Source: Phycisphaerales bacterium (GTDB lineage: Bacteria; Planctomycetota; Phycisphaerae; Phycisphaerales; UBA1924). From it: a stretch of 64,000 nt of DNA. Below the pieces are notes generated by a model. That model saw only the letters and a list, made by a program, of their open reading frames with translations, made no database searches and was not told where the DNA came from. A program made the position numbers and the translations under genes. The DNA lies in NCBI GenBank assembly GCA_050485765.1, contig JBJHBZ010000013.1, positions 5,272-69,271 of the forward strand, read 5' to 3'. Shown here piece by piece: positions 1 to 8,564 of the stretch (position 1 is the first letter of the stretch; each line of letters opens with the position of its first letter).

Positions 1-8
1 GCGAGCCG

Positions 9-1715
9 GTGCACAACGCTCAGGGCCCGGGGGTGCTGGACCTGCCGGAAGGGTCGCAGCGTGCGGTTGTCTGGACGCCCGCCGGTGTGCGCCTGCTGGA
101 CGACCTGGTGGCGAACCCGCAGGGCTGGACGCTGACGCGGGCGGTGGACATCAACGAGGCGGGGATGATCCTGGCCGAGGGTCGGTACGGGACGGGATGC
201 CGCCGGATGGTGCTGCTGGAGCCAGCGGGCGCGGACGCGGACGGCGACGGCGCGATCACCGGCAACGACGTGTTCCAGCACATCCAGGACGTGATCGAGA
301 ACTCGGCGCGAGCCGACGTGACGGGCACGGGCGAGGTGACCCCGGAGGACACGATCGCGTTCTTAATGATGCACGGCGAGCAGGACACGGGCGCCGTGGC
401 GGGCTCGGACCTGCCGTCGATCGATGACGGGTGCGGGACGGTGTGGGCGGTGACCAATGCGATCGGGGTCGCGCCGCGAGTGATCGCGGCACTGACGGAC
501 GGATCGCAGCCGAACGGTGATCAGGCCGATGACATGCGGGGATGCAAGACCTGTGAAGAATACAACCGCACGTACCCGGGCACGTATCACTGGCGCTGCA
601 ATCCGCAATGCTATGGATGCCCGGGCGATGACCCGAACAACCCGCATGCGCCCAACGGGGCTCCCGGATTCCCCGGGAGCGACCCCAACAACCCGCATTC
701 ACCTCATGGAGGCCCGGGCGGTGACGCAGCTCCCGGGAGCAATGGCAACGGTGGCAAGGGGGGAGACGGCGCTCCGGGCACGAAGGCTGATCCGATCATG
801 GATACACCGGCCACAAAAGGCGGTGACGGCGGGGCGGGCGGAAATGGGAGCGGTACTGGTCGCGGTGGGGACGGTGGTAGCGGCGGACAAGGCGGCAACG
901 GCGACCTTGACAGCCCTGGTGCTTCCGGAGGCGACGGAGGCAAAGGGGGAGAAGGAGGCGCAAACGGAGCTGGTGGGAACGGTGGCCGTGGCGGTCCTGG
1001 TGGGGAAGGTGGTGGTACTGCGATCGGCGGAGATGGCGGCAATGGTGGACACGCCGGCGATGGCAATCGGACCGGACGGGGAGGAAATGGCGGCGCAGGC
1101 GGACATGGGATCAACGGCGGCCATGGCGGACACGGTGGTGATGGCGGCAACGGCGGAACCGAAGGCCCCACAAACACACGAGGTAATGGAGGCAACGGAG
1201 GTGACGGCGGAGCTGGTGGGCCGTCCTATGGAAATCATCCAGGAGGTTCGGGCGGTGACGGCGGACACGGTGGAAACGGGCGGTCAGCCGGAGGCGGTGG
1301 AAACGGTGGTCACGGAGGTGGTGCCAACACACATCCCGATGGACAAGGCGGCAGCGGCGGGCAAGGTGGCGATGGAGGTGACGGAACCCAGAATGGCGGA
1401 CGCGGTGGGACCGGCGGAAGAGGTGGCAGCAGCACCGGCAACGGCGGCGATGGGGGTAACGGGGGAGAAGGCGGCCATGGACAGCACACTGGCGGTGACG
1501 GGGGAAATGGCGCGAACGGTGGAAATGGCACCGACTCGGGCGGAGATGGCGGGCATGGCGGACGAGGAGGTGGCGGAAGTGTTCACAGTGGAAACGGCGG
1601 AAATGGGGGGAACGGTGGAACCAGCGGACCAGACGGCCAACCGGGTACCGGCGGCAACGGCGGCCCGAAAGGCAACGGGCCCGGTGGTCAGCCGGGGACA
1701 CCCGGCAGCCCTTGA
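9..1715 (+). CDS. Surface/secreted glycine-rich repeat protein, probably 5'-truncated by the window edge. It has a HAF-like repeat, an Asp-rich Ca-binding-like segment, a Cys/Pro-rich linker and a ~330-aa GGxGGxGG tract.
   Basis: The frame stays open to nt 3. Motifs: [14 protein letters not shown] (HAF-type repeat), [13 protein letters not shown] (EF-hand/dockerin-like), [24 protein letters not shown]. From about nt 720 there are dozens of GG[NDHAS]GG units (PGRS-like). The antisense Pro-rich ORFs mirror this repeat. Confidence 0.6.
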   Translation: MHNAQGPGVLDLPEGSQRAVVWTPAGVRLLDDLVANPQGWTLTRAVDINEAGMILAEGRYGTGCRRMVLLEPAGADADGDGAITGNDVFQHIQDVIENSARADVTGTGEVTPEDTIAFLMMHGEQDTGAVAGSDLPSIDDGCGTVWAVTNAIGVAPRVIAALTDGSQPNGDQADDMRGCKTCEEYNRTYPGTYHWRCNPQCYGCPGDDPNNPHAPNGAPGFPGSDPNNPHSPHGGPGGDAAPGSNGNGGKGGDGAPGTKADPIMDTPATKGGDGGAGGNGSGTGRGGDGGSGGQGGNGDLDSPGASGGDGGKGGEGGANGAGGNGGRGGPGGEGGGTAIGGDGGNGGHAGDGNRTGRGGNGGAGGHGINGGHGGHGGDGGNGGTEGPTNTRGNGGNGGDGGAGGPSYGNHPGGSGGDGGHGGNGRSAGGGGNGGHGGGANTHPDGQGGSGGQGGDGGDGTQNGGRGGTGGRGGSSTGNGGDGGNGGEGGHGQHTGGDGGNGANGGNGTDSGGDGGHGGRGGGGSVHSGNGGNGGNGGTSGPDGQPGTGGNGGPKGNGPGGQPGTPGSP

Positions 1716-1991
1716 ATGATGCCTCGCACATAACCCTGAGAGCATGAAGAACATGAGATCGCACGCTTCGTGACACCACTCGCCCCGGGCCTTGCTCGGG
1801 GCGTTTTCTTTCGTGCCGTCGCTCGCGTGCGGGAACTGTCCGCGACGGGGGGCGGAGAGTGGGCAGGGGGAACGCCGGGCCGACGCCCGGGGCGCGGTTC
1901 GGCTAGGCTTAGAGCCCGGCGAATCGAGCGGGCGGAGGGGTGTGTGTGACGGCTTTCGGCGCGGCCGCCGGGACCGGAGAGGTGCAGACCG

Positions 1992-3149
1992 ATGAGCGTG
2001 AGCAGCGACACCCAGACCGACGCCTCGCACGTGGGGCACGTGGTTCTCCCGGGTGAGAAGAGCCAGGACCCCCACGCGACGCGCTGGGGCAAGTTCCTGC
2101 TGGCGACGATCAAGTTCGAGGCGTCGGACCTGATCATGAAGAGCGACCAGAAGCCGAAGATCCGGCTCAAGGGCTCGCTGAAGCCGCTGGACACCGAGGT
2201 GGTGACGGCTTCGGAGTTCCGGTCGATCGCCGAGCACATCCTGACACCCGAGCAGTTCGACGACCTGCACAAGTTCGGGTCGGTCGACTTCGCGTACGAC
2301 TACGACGACGTGAACCGGTTCCGCGTGAACCTGTTCATGGCCAAGGGCAAGCTGAGCGTGGCGGCGCGGCGGATCACGGCGAACATCATGCCGTTCGAGA
2401 AGCTGCACCTCCCGCCGATCATGGCCGACATCGCGATGCAGCCGCAGGGCATCGTGCTGCTCTGCGGCGTGACGGGCTCTGGTAAGTCGACGACGATCGC
2501 GTCGATGCTCGACTACGTGAACGAGCGGAAGCCCGTCCACATCGTGACGATCGAGGACCCGATCGAGTACGTGTTCACGGACAAGAAGGCGACGATCAAC
2601 CAGCGTGAGATCGGGATCGACTGCCTGGACTTCAAGGTCGCGCTCCGGGCGCTGGTGCGTGAGAACCCGGACATCGTGCTCGTGGGCGAGATGCGGGACA
2701 ACGAGACGTTCGAGGCGGCGCTGCACGCGGCCGAGACGGGGCACCTGGTCTACGGGACGATCCACGCGTCGAGCACGACGCAGACGTTCAGCCGCATTTA
2801 CGGGTTGTTCGAGCAGGAAGAGGTGGAGCAGGTCCGGCGGATCCTGGCGTACCAGATGCGTGCGTTTGTGTATCAGAAGCTGCTGCCGACGCTGCACGAG
2901 AACATCCACCGGATCCCGGCGCTGGAGATCCTGATCAACAACTCGATCGTGTCGAAGTTTGTGCTGGAGGAGCGCGAGGGCGAGCTCCGGGAGTATCTGA
3001 ACACGATCGAGGCTCGCCAGGCTGGGAACAAGGACTTCAACCAGTCGCTGGTGGAGCTTGTGGAGCAGGAGTACATCCATATGCGTGTGGCGTTGGACGC
3101 GTCGCCGAACGTGGACGACCTGCAGATGCGTTTGAAGAAGCTGAAGTGA
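1992..3149 (+). CDS. pilT: Type IV pilus retraction-type ATPase (PilT/PilU family)
   Basis: Walker A GVTGSGKSTT, Asp box VTIEDPIEY, Walker B PDIVLVGEMRD, His box TGHLVYGTIHASS. Length 385 aa. Confidence 0.85.
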   Translation: MSVSSDTQTDASHVGHVVLPGEKSQDPHATRWGKFLLATIKFEASDLIMKSDQKPKIRLKGSLKPLDTEVVTASEFRSIAEHILTPEQFDDLHKFGSVDFAYDYDDVNRFRVNLFMAKGKLSVAARRITANIMPFEKLHLPPIMADIAMQPQGIVLLCGVTGSGKSTTIASMLDYVNERKPVHIVTIEDPIEYVFTDKKATINQREIGIDCLDFKVALRALVRENPDIVLVGEMRDNETFEAALHAAETGHLVYGTIHASSTTQTFSRIYGLFEQEEVEQVRRILAYQMRAFVYQKLLPTLHENIHRIPALEILINNSIVSKFVLEEREGELREYLNTIEARQAGNKDFNQSLVELVEQEYIHMRVALDASPNVDDLQMRLKKLK

Positions 3150-3186
3150 TCGCCGTCGTCGCGCAGGGGCTGCGTGCCTTGGTGTC

Positions 3187-5022
3187 GTGTCGTCGGTTTG
3201 TGAGGCTCGCCGCCAGTGTGGGCGGGCCGGGGGTGCCGAGAACGTGATCGAGCAGACAGTGGCATCGTTGTGGTCGCCCGGGTCCGTCGTCGGTTTTTCG
3301 ACGCTGGCGGCCGAGGGGTACGTGCTGGTCTCGTGGTGGAAGCCGTTCATACTGCTGCTGCCGCTCCTGGTGTGGGGGTACATCGTTTCGACGGTGTACG
3401 ACAAGCACGCGGCCCGCTTCCACCTCCCGCGGGAGCAGTGGAACACGATGCACCTGTGCGTCGGGCTGGCGGGCGTGATCGTGCCGCTGCTGATCCCGAT
3501 CGCCGCCTGGTGGGGCGTGATCGTGGCGCTGGCGGCGCAGGTGGCGATCCTGAGCGTGAGCATCTTCAGCTACCCGCTGGTGGCGAACAAGGACGAGCGC
3601 GTGCCGGAGCGGCACCGCGTCAAGTTCAGCCTGGCCGAGGCGCTGGCGGCGCGCCGGGCCAAGTCGGCGGCTGCCAAGAAAGACGCCCAGACCAGCGAGC
3701 TCGACATCACGGACGCGGACAAGATGCGCCTGCCCCCGCCGGAGCGTGAGACGCCGGAGTTTGACCTCCGCGTCGCGGCCGAGCGCGTGGTGCTGCGGGG
3801 CAAGGAGCTCCGGGCGAGCCAGGTGGATGTCCTCCCGGCGAAGGACGGGTCGTACGTGCCGAGCTACCTGATCGACGGCGTGCGTCAGAACGGCGAGGCG
3901 ATGCCGGCGCAGCAGGCCGTCCCGATCATCGACTTCTGGAAGCGGGTCGCGGGGATGGACACGCAGGAGCGTCGCAAGCGCCAGAGCGGGTCGTTCAAGG
4001 TCCGTCGCGACACGGACACGACCGACGTCTACGCGAGCAGCAGCGGGACGCAGGGCGGCATGCGCCTGACGATGCAGTTCGACCAGGCGAAGGCGGTCCG
4101 AAAGCCGATCGAAGATCTTGGCCTGCTCGATCCGCAGCTCGACGCGGTGCGGGGGCTGGTCGCCGAGCCCGGCGGCGTGGTGCTGCTGGCGGCAACGCCC
4201 GACCAGGGCTCGACGACGACGGTCTACGCGATCACCAAGCTGCACGACGCGTACACGTCCAACGTGCAGACGGTGGAGCCGGAGCGGACCGAGTCGATGC
4301 TCGAGGGCGTGCGTCAGAACGTCATCGACCCGCTGAACCCGGACCAGGACTTCGCGAAGACGGTGCGTTCGATCCTGCGCCGCGACCCGGACGTGGTCTC
4401 GGTCGCGGCCGTGCCGGACGCCGAGACGGCGCGGGAGATCGCCTCGGGCGACCTGGCCCGCTCACGGGTCTACGTCGCGCTCCGGGCGGACTCGGCGCTC
4501 GCGGCGATCCAGCTCTGGGTCAAGAGCGTGGGCGACGCCGAGAAGGCGAGCGCGCACCTCAAGGGCGTGATCGCGCAGCGTCTGGTGCGTCGCCTGTGCG
4601 TCAACTGTCGCCAGCCGTACCAGCCCAGCCCGGACATGCTGAAGAAGCTCGGGTTGCCCGTCGACCGGGTGAAGCAGCTCTTCAAGAAGGGCGGGCAGGT
4701 GATGATCAAGAACAAGCCGGAGATCTGCCCGGTCTGCAACGGCGTGGGGTACATCGGGCAGGCCGGCGCGTTCGAGGTCTTCCCGCTGGGCGACGCCGAG
4801 CGGAAGCTGATCCGCGCGGGCGACCTGAGCGGTCTGAAGGCGGAGCTCCGCAAGCGCCAGCTCCCGACGATCCAGCAGGCGGCGTTGCGCCTGGCGGTCG
4901 AGGGTGTGACGAGCGTGGAAGAGGTCGGGCGTGCGACGGCCCCGCCGGCGCCCTCGGGGGGCGCCTCCCGCGGCAAGCCCCAGCCGCCGCCGATGCCCAA
5001 GGCCGCGACGCCCGCCAACTGA
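3187..5022 (+). CDS. Membrane-anchored GspE/PilB-family protein with degenerate ATPase motifs (predicted pseudo-ATPase)
   Basis: The N-terminus has 3-4 hydrophobic helices (FILLLPLLVWGYIVSTVY; LCVGLAGVIVPLLIPIAAWWGVIVALAAQVAILSVSIF). A GspE N2-like segment is present (YLIDGVRQNG...MDTQERRKRQSGSF). The tetra-Cys motif is retained (CVNCRQPY...CPVCNGVGYIGQAGAFEVF). Walker A is ATPDQGSTTT, Walker B is DPDVVSVAAVPD, and the His box is RSRVYVALRAD. GTG start at 3187; in-frame alternative GTG at 3244. Confidence 0.7.
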   Translation: MSSVCEARRQCGRAGGAENVIEQTVASLWSPGSVVGFSTLAAEGYVLVSWWKPFILLLPLLVWGYIVSTVYDKHAARFHLPREQWNTMHLCVGLAGVIVPLLIPIAAWWGVIVALAAQVAILSVSIFSYPLVANKDERVPERHRVKFSLAEALAARRAKSAAAKKDAQTSELDITDADKMRLPPPERETPEFDLRVAAERVVLRGKELRASQVDVLPAKDGSYVPSYLIDGVRQNGEAMPAQQAVPIIDFWKRVAGMDTQERRKRQSGSFKVRRDTDTTDVYASSSGTQGGMRLTMQFDQAKAVRKPIEDLGLLDPQLDAVRGLVAEPGGVVLLAATPDQGSTTTVYAITKLHDAYTSNVQTVEPERTESMLEGVRQNVIDPLNPDQDFAKTVRSILRRDPDVVSVAAVPDAETAREIASGDLARSRVYVALRADSALAAIQLWVKSVGDAEKASAHLKGVIAQRLVRRLCVNCRQPYQPSPDMLKKLGLPVDRVKQLFKKGGQVMIKNKPEICPVCNGVGYIGQAGAFEVFPLGDAERKLIRAGDLSGLKAELRKRQLPTIQQAALRLAVEGVTSVEEVGRATAPPAPSGGASRGKPQPPPMPKAATPAN

Positions 5023-5100
5023 TTCGATGACACGGGCCCCCGCGGGCGAGCCGCGTGCCCTGCCCGCCCCAACACGGGGCGGCCTGATGGAGACGGACGG

Positions 5101-6891
5101 ATGATCCTGAATCTGATCGTGATCGGCGCGGTGCTGGGCATCGGGTACGTGTGGGTGACCCGGGGCTTTTTCAGTGCGCTGCTGCACCTGATCTGCGTGA
5201 TCATCGGCGGCGCGATCGCGCTGGCGGTGTGGGAGCCGCTGGCGTACCTGATTGTCAACAACGTGCCCGAGAGCGGGTTCTTCACCTTCCTGGAAGGCGT
5301 CGCGTGGGGCGCGGCGTTGATCCTGCCGTTCGCGATCGCGACCGCGCTCCTGCGTCTGGCGGTCGACTCGGCGGTGCCGGCGAACGTCAAGGTGCCGGCG
5401 GTCGCCGATTACGTCGGGGGCGGGGTCTGCGGCGGGATCGCCGCGGTGCTGACCATGGGCATCGTCATCACCGGCGTCGGGCACACGCGGGTCGCGTCGG
5501 AGTTCTTCGGCTACAAGCCGCTGAGCACCACCGTCAGCGGGCTCACGCAGGAATCCAGCCTCTGGCTCCCGGTCGACCGGATCACCGGGGCCGTCTACGG
5601 GCACCTCTCGAGCGGCGTGTTCAGCACGACGCAGCCGCTGAGCACCTGGCACCCGGACTTCGCGACCGCGCCGGCCGCGATGCGCATGAGCCTGGGCGAC
5701 GGGAAAGGCCGCAACGTCATGCCGCCGAGCGCGGTCCGCGTCATCTCGTCGTGGACGCTCGGCAAGGACGACGCGCAGACGACCCTCCGCGACCTGATGC
5801 GGGATGAGTGGAGCCCCGCGACGCAGAACCCGCAGCGCGTCAACGGCGAGCCCTTCAACCCGCAGAGTCATATCGTGGGGTACATGCTCCGCATCGGGCC
5901 GGAGGCGCGGGAGACCCGGGGCAACGTCGTCGTCAGCGAGGGGCAGATCCGCCTGGTGACGCGCAACCGGCGGACGGGCTCGAGCATGGCGGTGCACCCG
6001 ATCGCGGCCGTCAGCCCGGCGGCGGGCGAGACCAACCCGCCCGTCTACGGCCGCTGGCGGTTCGACGGGAACTTCCACCTGACGAGCGTGGGCGGGGCCG
6101 CCGAGACGCTGATGGGCTTCGAGTTCGTGGTGGAGCCGGGGTACGAGCCGATCGGTCTGACGATCAAGAACACGCGGCTCCCGCTGCGCGGGCTCGAGCC
6201 GCTGGCGTTTACGAGCTATCAGGAGCGTGACCGCGCGATCCGGACGGGGGCGTTGCTCGCGGGGGCCGGCGAGGCCGGCGAGTTCGACGCCTCCGAGGCG
6301 AACCGCGTCTCGACCGGGACGCCGGGCGCTGGTGAGCAGGGGAGCGGTGTGGTGGTCGGGCGGACCCTGCCGAACCGCCTGGTGATCCAGCGCGGGACGC
6401 ACCGGAGCCTGGAGATCGACGGGAACGAGATCATCCGCGGCGTGCAGGCGTTCAACCCGAACGAGTTCCAGCGTGCCGCCAGCATCCCGATGAACCTCCA
6501 GATCCGCCAGTTCCGCACCACGCCGGACACGACGCTGGTGCAGGTCGACGTGAGCCTGCGTTCGCGTCAGAGCCTGCTGGGCCAGGCGGCGGCCGCGGCC
6601 GAGCGCGTCGTCCCGCCCGAGCTGATCGACACCAACGGGAACCGGTACCAGGCGATCGGGTACGTCTACCGCGACCAGTCGATCGTGCGCCTGCGGTACA
6701 CGCCGGACCGCCCGATCCGCGGGCTGACCGAGCTCGAGGGCGACGGCGTCGGGCTCAGCCGCTCCGCGGCGGGCCAGGAGCTCACGCTGATCTTCCTGGT
6801 CAGCACCGGCGTCAACGTCGAGCGCTTCGTGATCGGCAACACCGTGATCGCCGAGTACGAGCCGCCGATCGACGCCAGCGGGCGACGCTGA
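5101..6891 (+). CDS. Integral membrane protein with a CvpA-like N-terminal multi-TM region and a large beta-rich C-terminal domain of unknown function
   Basis: N-terminus MILNLIVIGAVLGIGYVWVTRGFFSALLHLICVIIGGAIALAVWEPLAYLIV plus 2-3 more hydrophobic segments. GC3-rich codon usage. Last gene before a strong terminator. Confidence 0.6.
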   Translation: MILNLIVIGAVLGIGYVWVTRGFFSALLHLICVIIGGAIALAVWEPLAYLIVNNVPESGFFTFLEGVAWGAALILPFAIATALLRLAVDSAVPANVKVPAVADYVGGGVCGGIAAVLTMGIVITGVGHTRVASEFFGYKPLSTTVSGLTQESSLWLPVDRITGAVYGHLSSGVFSTTQPLSTWHPDFATAPAAMRMSLGDGKGRNVMPPSAVRVISSWTLGKDDAQTTLRDLMRDEWSPATQNPQRVNGEPFNPQSHIVGYMLRIGPEARETRGNVVVSEGQIRLVTRNRRTGSSMAVHPIAAVSPAAGETNPPVYGRWRFDGNFHLTSVGGAAETLMGFEFVVEPGYEPIGLTIKNTRLPLRGLEPLAFTSYQERDRAIRTGALLAGAGEAGEFDASEANRVSTGTPGAGEQGSGVVVGRTLPNRLVIQRGTHRSLEIDGNEIIRGVQAFNPNEFQRAASIPMNLQIRQFRTTPDTTLVQVDVSLRSRQSLLGQAAAAAERVVPPELIDTNGNRYQAIGYVYRDQSIVRLRYTPDRPIRGLTELEGDGVGLSRSAAGQELTLIFLVSTGVNVERFVIGNTVIAEYEPPIDASGRR

Positions 6892-6931
6892 GCCACGACC
6901 GCGGCGCACGCCGCGATCGCAACGACCCATG

Positions 6932-6964
6932 AAAAACGGGCGGCCCCGCGGGGTCGCCCGTTTT
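6932..6964. terminator. Bidirectional intrinsic terminator between convergent genes 5101..6891 and rplI
   Basis: GAAAAACGGGCGGCCCCGCGGGGTCGCCCGTTTTGTG: a GC-rich hairpin of about 11-12 bp with an A-tract on one side and a T-tract on the other. Confidence 0.7.
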
Positions 6965-6993
6965 GTGTCATGCTTTGAACCAACACCCGGGAT

Positions 6994-7620
6994 TCAGAGC
7001 TCGTCTTCCGGACGGCTGCGGGCGGCCGGGGCCTGCGGCGCGCCGGCGGCTGCGGGCTCGGCGCCGGCTTCGGCGTTCCGGTCGCGACCGCGACGGCGCG
7101 ACTTGTCGACCAGGTTGCCCTCGTTGTCGAACTCCATCTCCTCCCGCTCGTCCTCCTGGAGCGTGCGGTCGGGGACGACGTGGATCTTGACCGTGCCCTC
7201 GAGGTCGTTGGCGAACTTCACCGTGACCTCGTACGCGTCGATCCGCTTGATGCTCCCCGGGAGGCGGACCTCGCGCGGGCGGACGGGGAAGCCGAGCTGG
7301 GTCAGCGCCTCGGCGATGTCGTTCTGCGTGACGCCGCCGTAGAGGATGCCCTGGTCGTTGCAGGCGCGCTGCATCGTGACGTCGAGCCCGTCGATCTTCT
7401 GGATTGCCTCTTCGCGCTTCTTGCGGAGAGCGGCGACTTCCTTCTCGGCGTCGGCCCGCTTGGCGGCGAGGCTCTGGATCAGGTCATCGCTCGGCTTGGT
7501 CGCCATCCCACGCGGGAGCAGGAAGTTGCGGGCGTAGCCCAGGCGGACGTTGACCACGTCGCCCACGATGCCGAGGTTGTCGACGTTCTCGGTCAGCAGC
7601 AGCTTGACGTTCTTGCGCAC
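6994..7620 (-). CDS. rplI: 50S ribosomal protein L9 with an acidic/Ala-rich C-terminal extension
   Basis: N-terminus VKLLLTENVDNLGIVGDVVNVRLGYARNFLLPRGMA matches the L9 signature. Confidence 0.9.
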   Translation of the reverse strand: MRKNVKLLLTENVDNLGIVGDVVNVRLGYARNFLLPRGMATKPSDDLIQSLAAKRADAEKEVAALRKKREEAIQKIDGLDVTMQRACNDQGILYGGVTQNDIAEALTQLGFPVRPREVRLPGSIKRIDAYEVTVKFANDLEGTVKIHVVPDRTLQEDEREEMEFDNEGNLVDKSRRRGRDRNAEAGAEPAAAGAPQAPAARSRPEDEL

Positions 7621-7772
7621 GTCGCTGTCCTTTCTCGCCGCGAGCCCGGAAGCCCGATCCGGCGGGGAAAGTTGAGGAGCCGAGCCCGAAACACGCCAAC
7701 GCGGCGTGCGGGCGAAGCCCCAACGAGGGGTCCAGAGGATAGGCGGGCTCGGAGGAGGGGAAGGGAGGGAAG

Positions 7773-7959
7773 GAGCACTGACCTCTCAGAAGAGGTCAGT
7801 GGCACAAGGGGCACCAGGGGCGAGAAAACATGTGCCACTGACCTTGTCCGCAAGGTCAGTGCTCCGGGCCGCCCTCTGGACCCTCTCGATCCTCGTTGTG
7901 GGAGGGGCGGAGAGAGAGGAGCCGGGGAGCACTGACCTCTCAGAAGAGGTCAGTGGCAC
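7773..7959. repeat. REP/BIME-like cluster: three 33-nt palindromic units at 7773..7805 (+, type A), 7832..7864 (-, type B) and 7927..7959 (+, type A)
   Basis: Type A is GAGCACTGACCTCT-CAGA-AGAGGTCAGTGGCAC. Type B, read on the opposite strand, is GAGCACTGACCTTG-CGGA-CAAGGTCAGTGGCAC. Each has an 11-bp stem and a 4-nt loop. Confidence 0.9.
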
Positions 7960-7983
7960 AGGGGCTCACGCCGGGCGTAGGGA

Positions 7984-8469
7984 TCAGAACGGGATGTCGT
8001 CGTCGGCAAAGTCGTCGGCCGGGGCGGAGCGGGCGCCCGCGGGGGCGTCGTCCTCGTAGCGTTGCCCCCCACCGCCGCCGCCGCCTCGGCTTCCGCCGCG
8101 GTTGCCGCCGCCGCCACCCCCGCCGCCCTGCCCGCCGCCGGAGTCGACGAACTGGAAGCTCTCGACGACAACGCGGAGCTTGGACTGCTTGGTGCCGTCC
8201 TTGGACTCCCACTGATCGAGCTTGAGTCGTCCTTCGATGAAGACGGGGCGCCCCTTGGCGAGGTACTGGGCCATGACCTCGGCCGTGCGGCCCCAGGCCT
8301 CACAATCGACGAACGTGACCTCCTCGCGGCTCTCGCCGGAGGCGGTCTTGTACCGGCGGTTGACCGCCAGCCCGATGTTCGCCACCGCCTGGTTCCCGCC
8401 CGTGTGGCGGACCTCGACGTCCCGCGTCAGGTTGCCCATGAGCAGGACCTTGTTGTAGCTGCCGGCCAT
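7984..8469 (-). CDS. ssb: Single-stranded DNA-binding protein
   Basis: MAGSYNKVLLMGNLTRDVEVRHT... OB fold, Gly-rich linker and C-terminal DDDIPF. Start placed at the MAGSYNKV Met (8469), not the upstream Met of the ORF track. Confidence 0.9.
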   Translation of the reverse strand: MAGSYNKVLLMGNLTRDVEVRHTGGNQAVANIGLAVNRRYKTASGESREEVTFVDCEAWGRTAEVMAQYLAKGRPVFIEGRLKLDQWESKDGTKQSKLRVVVESFQFVDSGGGQGGGGGGGGNRGGSRGGGGGGGQRYEDDAPAGARSAPADDFADDDIPF

Positions 8470-8564
8470 CTCGGTGCTCCCTTCCGGGCGGCGCGGGGAA
8501 CCACGCCCCACGCCGCGTGCCTGAGTCTACACGCCCCCGACCGGGACGCCCGACGCCAGCCCGA

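Noticed and set aside
704-1195. Proline-rich antisense ORFs (PPSPP repeats) opposite the glycine-rich gene.
   Set aside because: They are the mirror image of the GGN repeat on the other strand. The plus-strand frame is continuous with a non-repetitive N-terminal domain, so it is the more plausible coding frame.
1284-3563. Very long ORFs in the six-frame track: 1284..3563(-) 759 aa, 4462..6930(-) 822 aa, 13362..15860(+) 832 aa, 16058..18304(-) 748 aa, 28382..32011(+) 1209 aa, 44783..48082(+) 1099 aa, and the upstream part of 49085..52447(-) beyond nt 50815 (1120 aa).
   Set aside because: All are antisense to, or out of frame with, ORFs that carry unambiguous family motifs (pilT, mutS, gltA, hflX and others). 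Their translations are Arg/Pro/Gly/Ala/His-rich low-complexity strings with no motifs. Stop-poor alternative frames are expected at this GC content.
7773-7959. Possibility that the repeated 33-nt units (7.8 kb, 13.1 kb and 52.4 kb clusters) are CRISPR arrays.
   Set aside because: The units alternate in orientation. Spacers vary in length (about 15-85 nt) and are partly conserved between loci. The units are strongly palindromic, and no cas genes are present. REP/BIME-like elements fit better.
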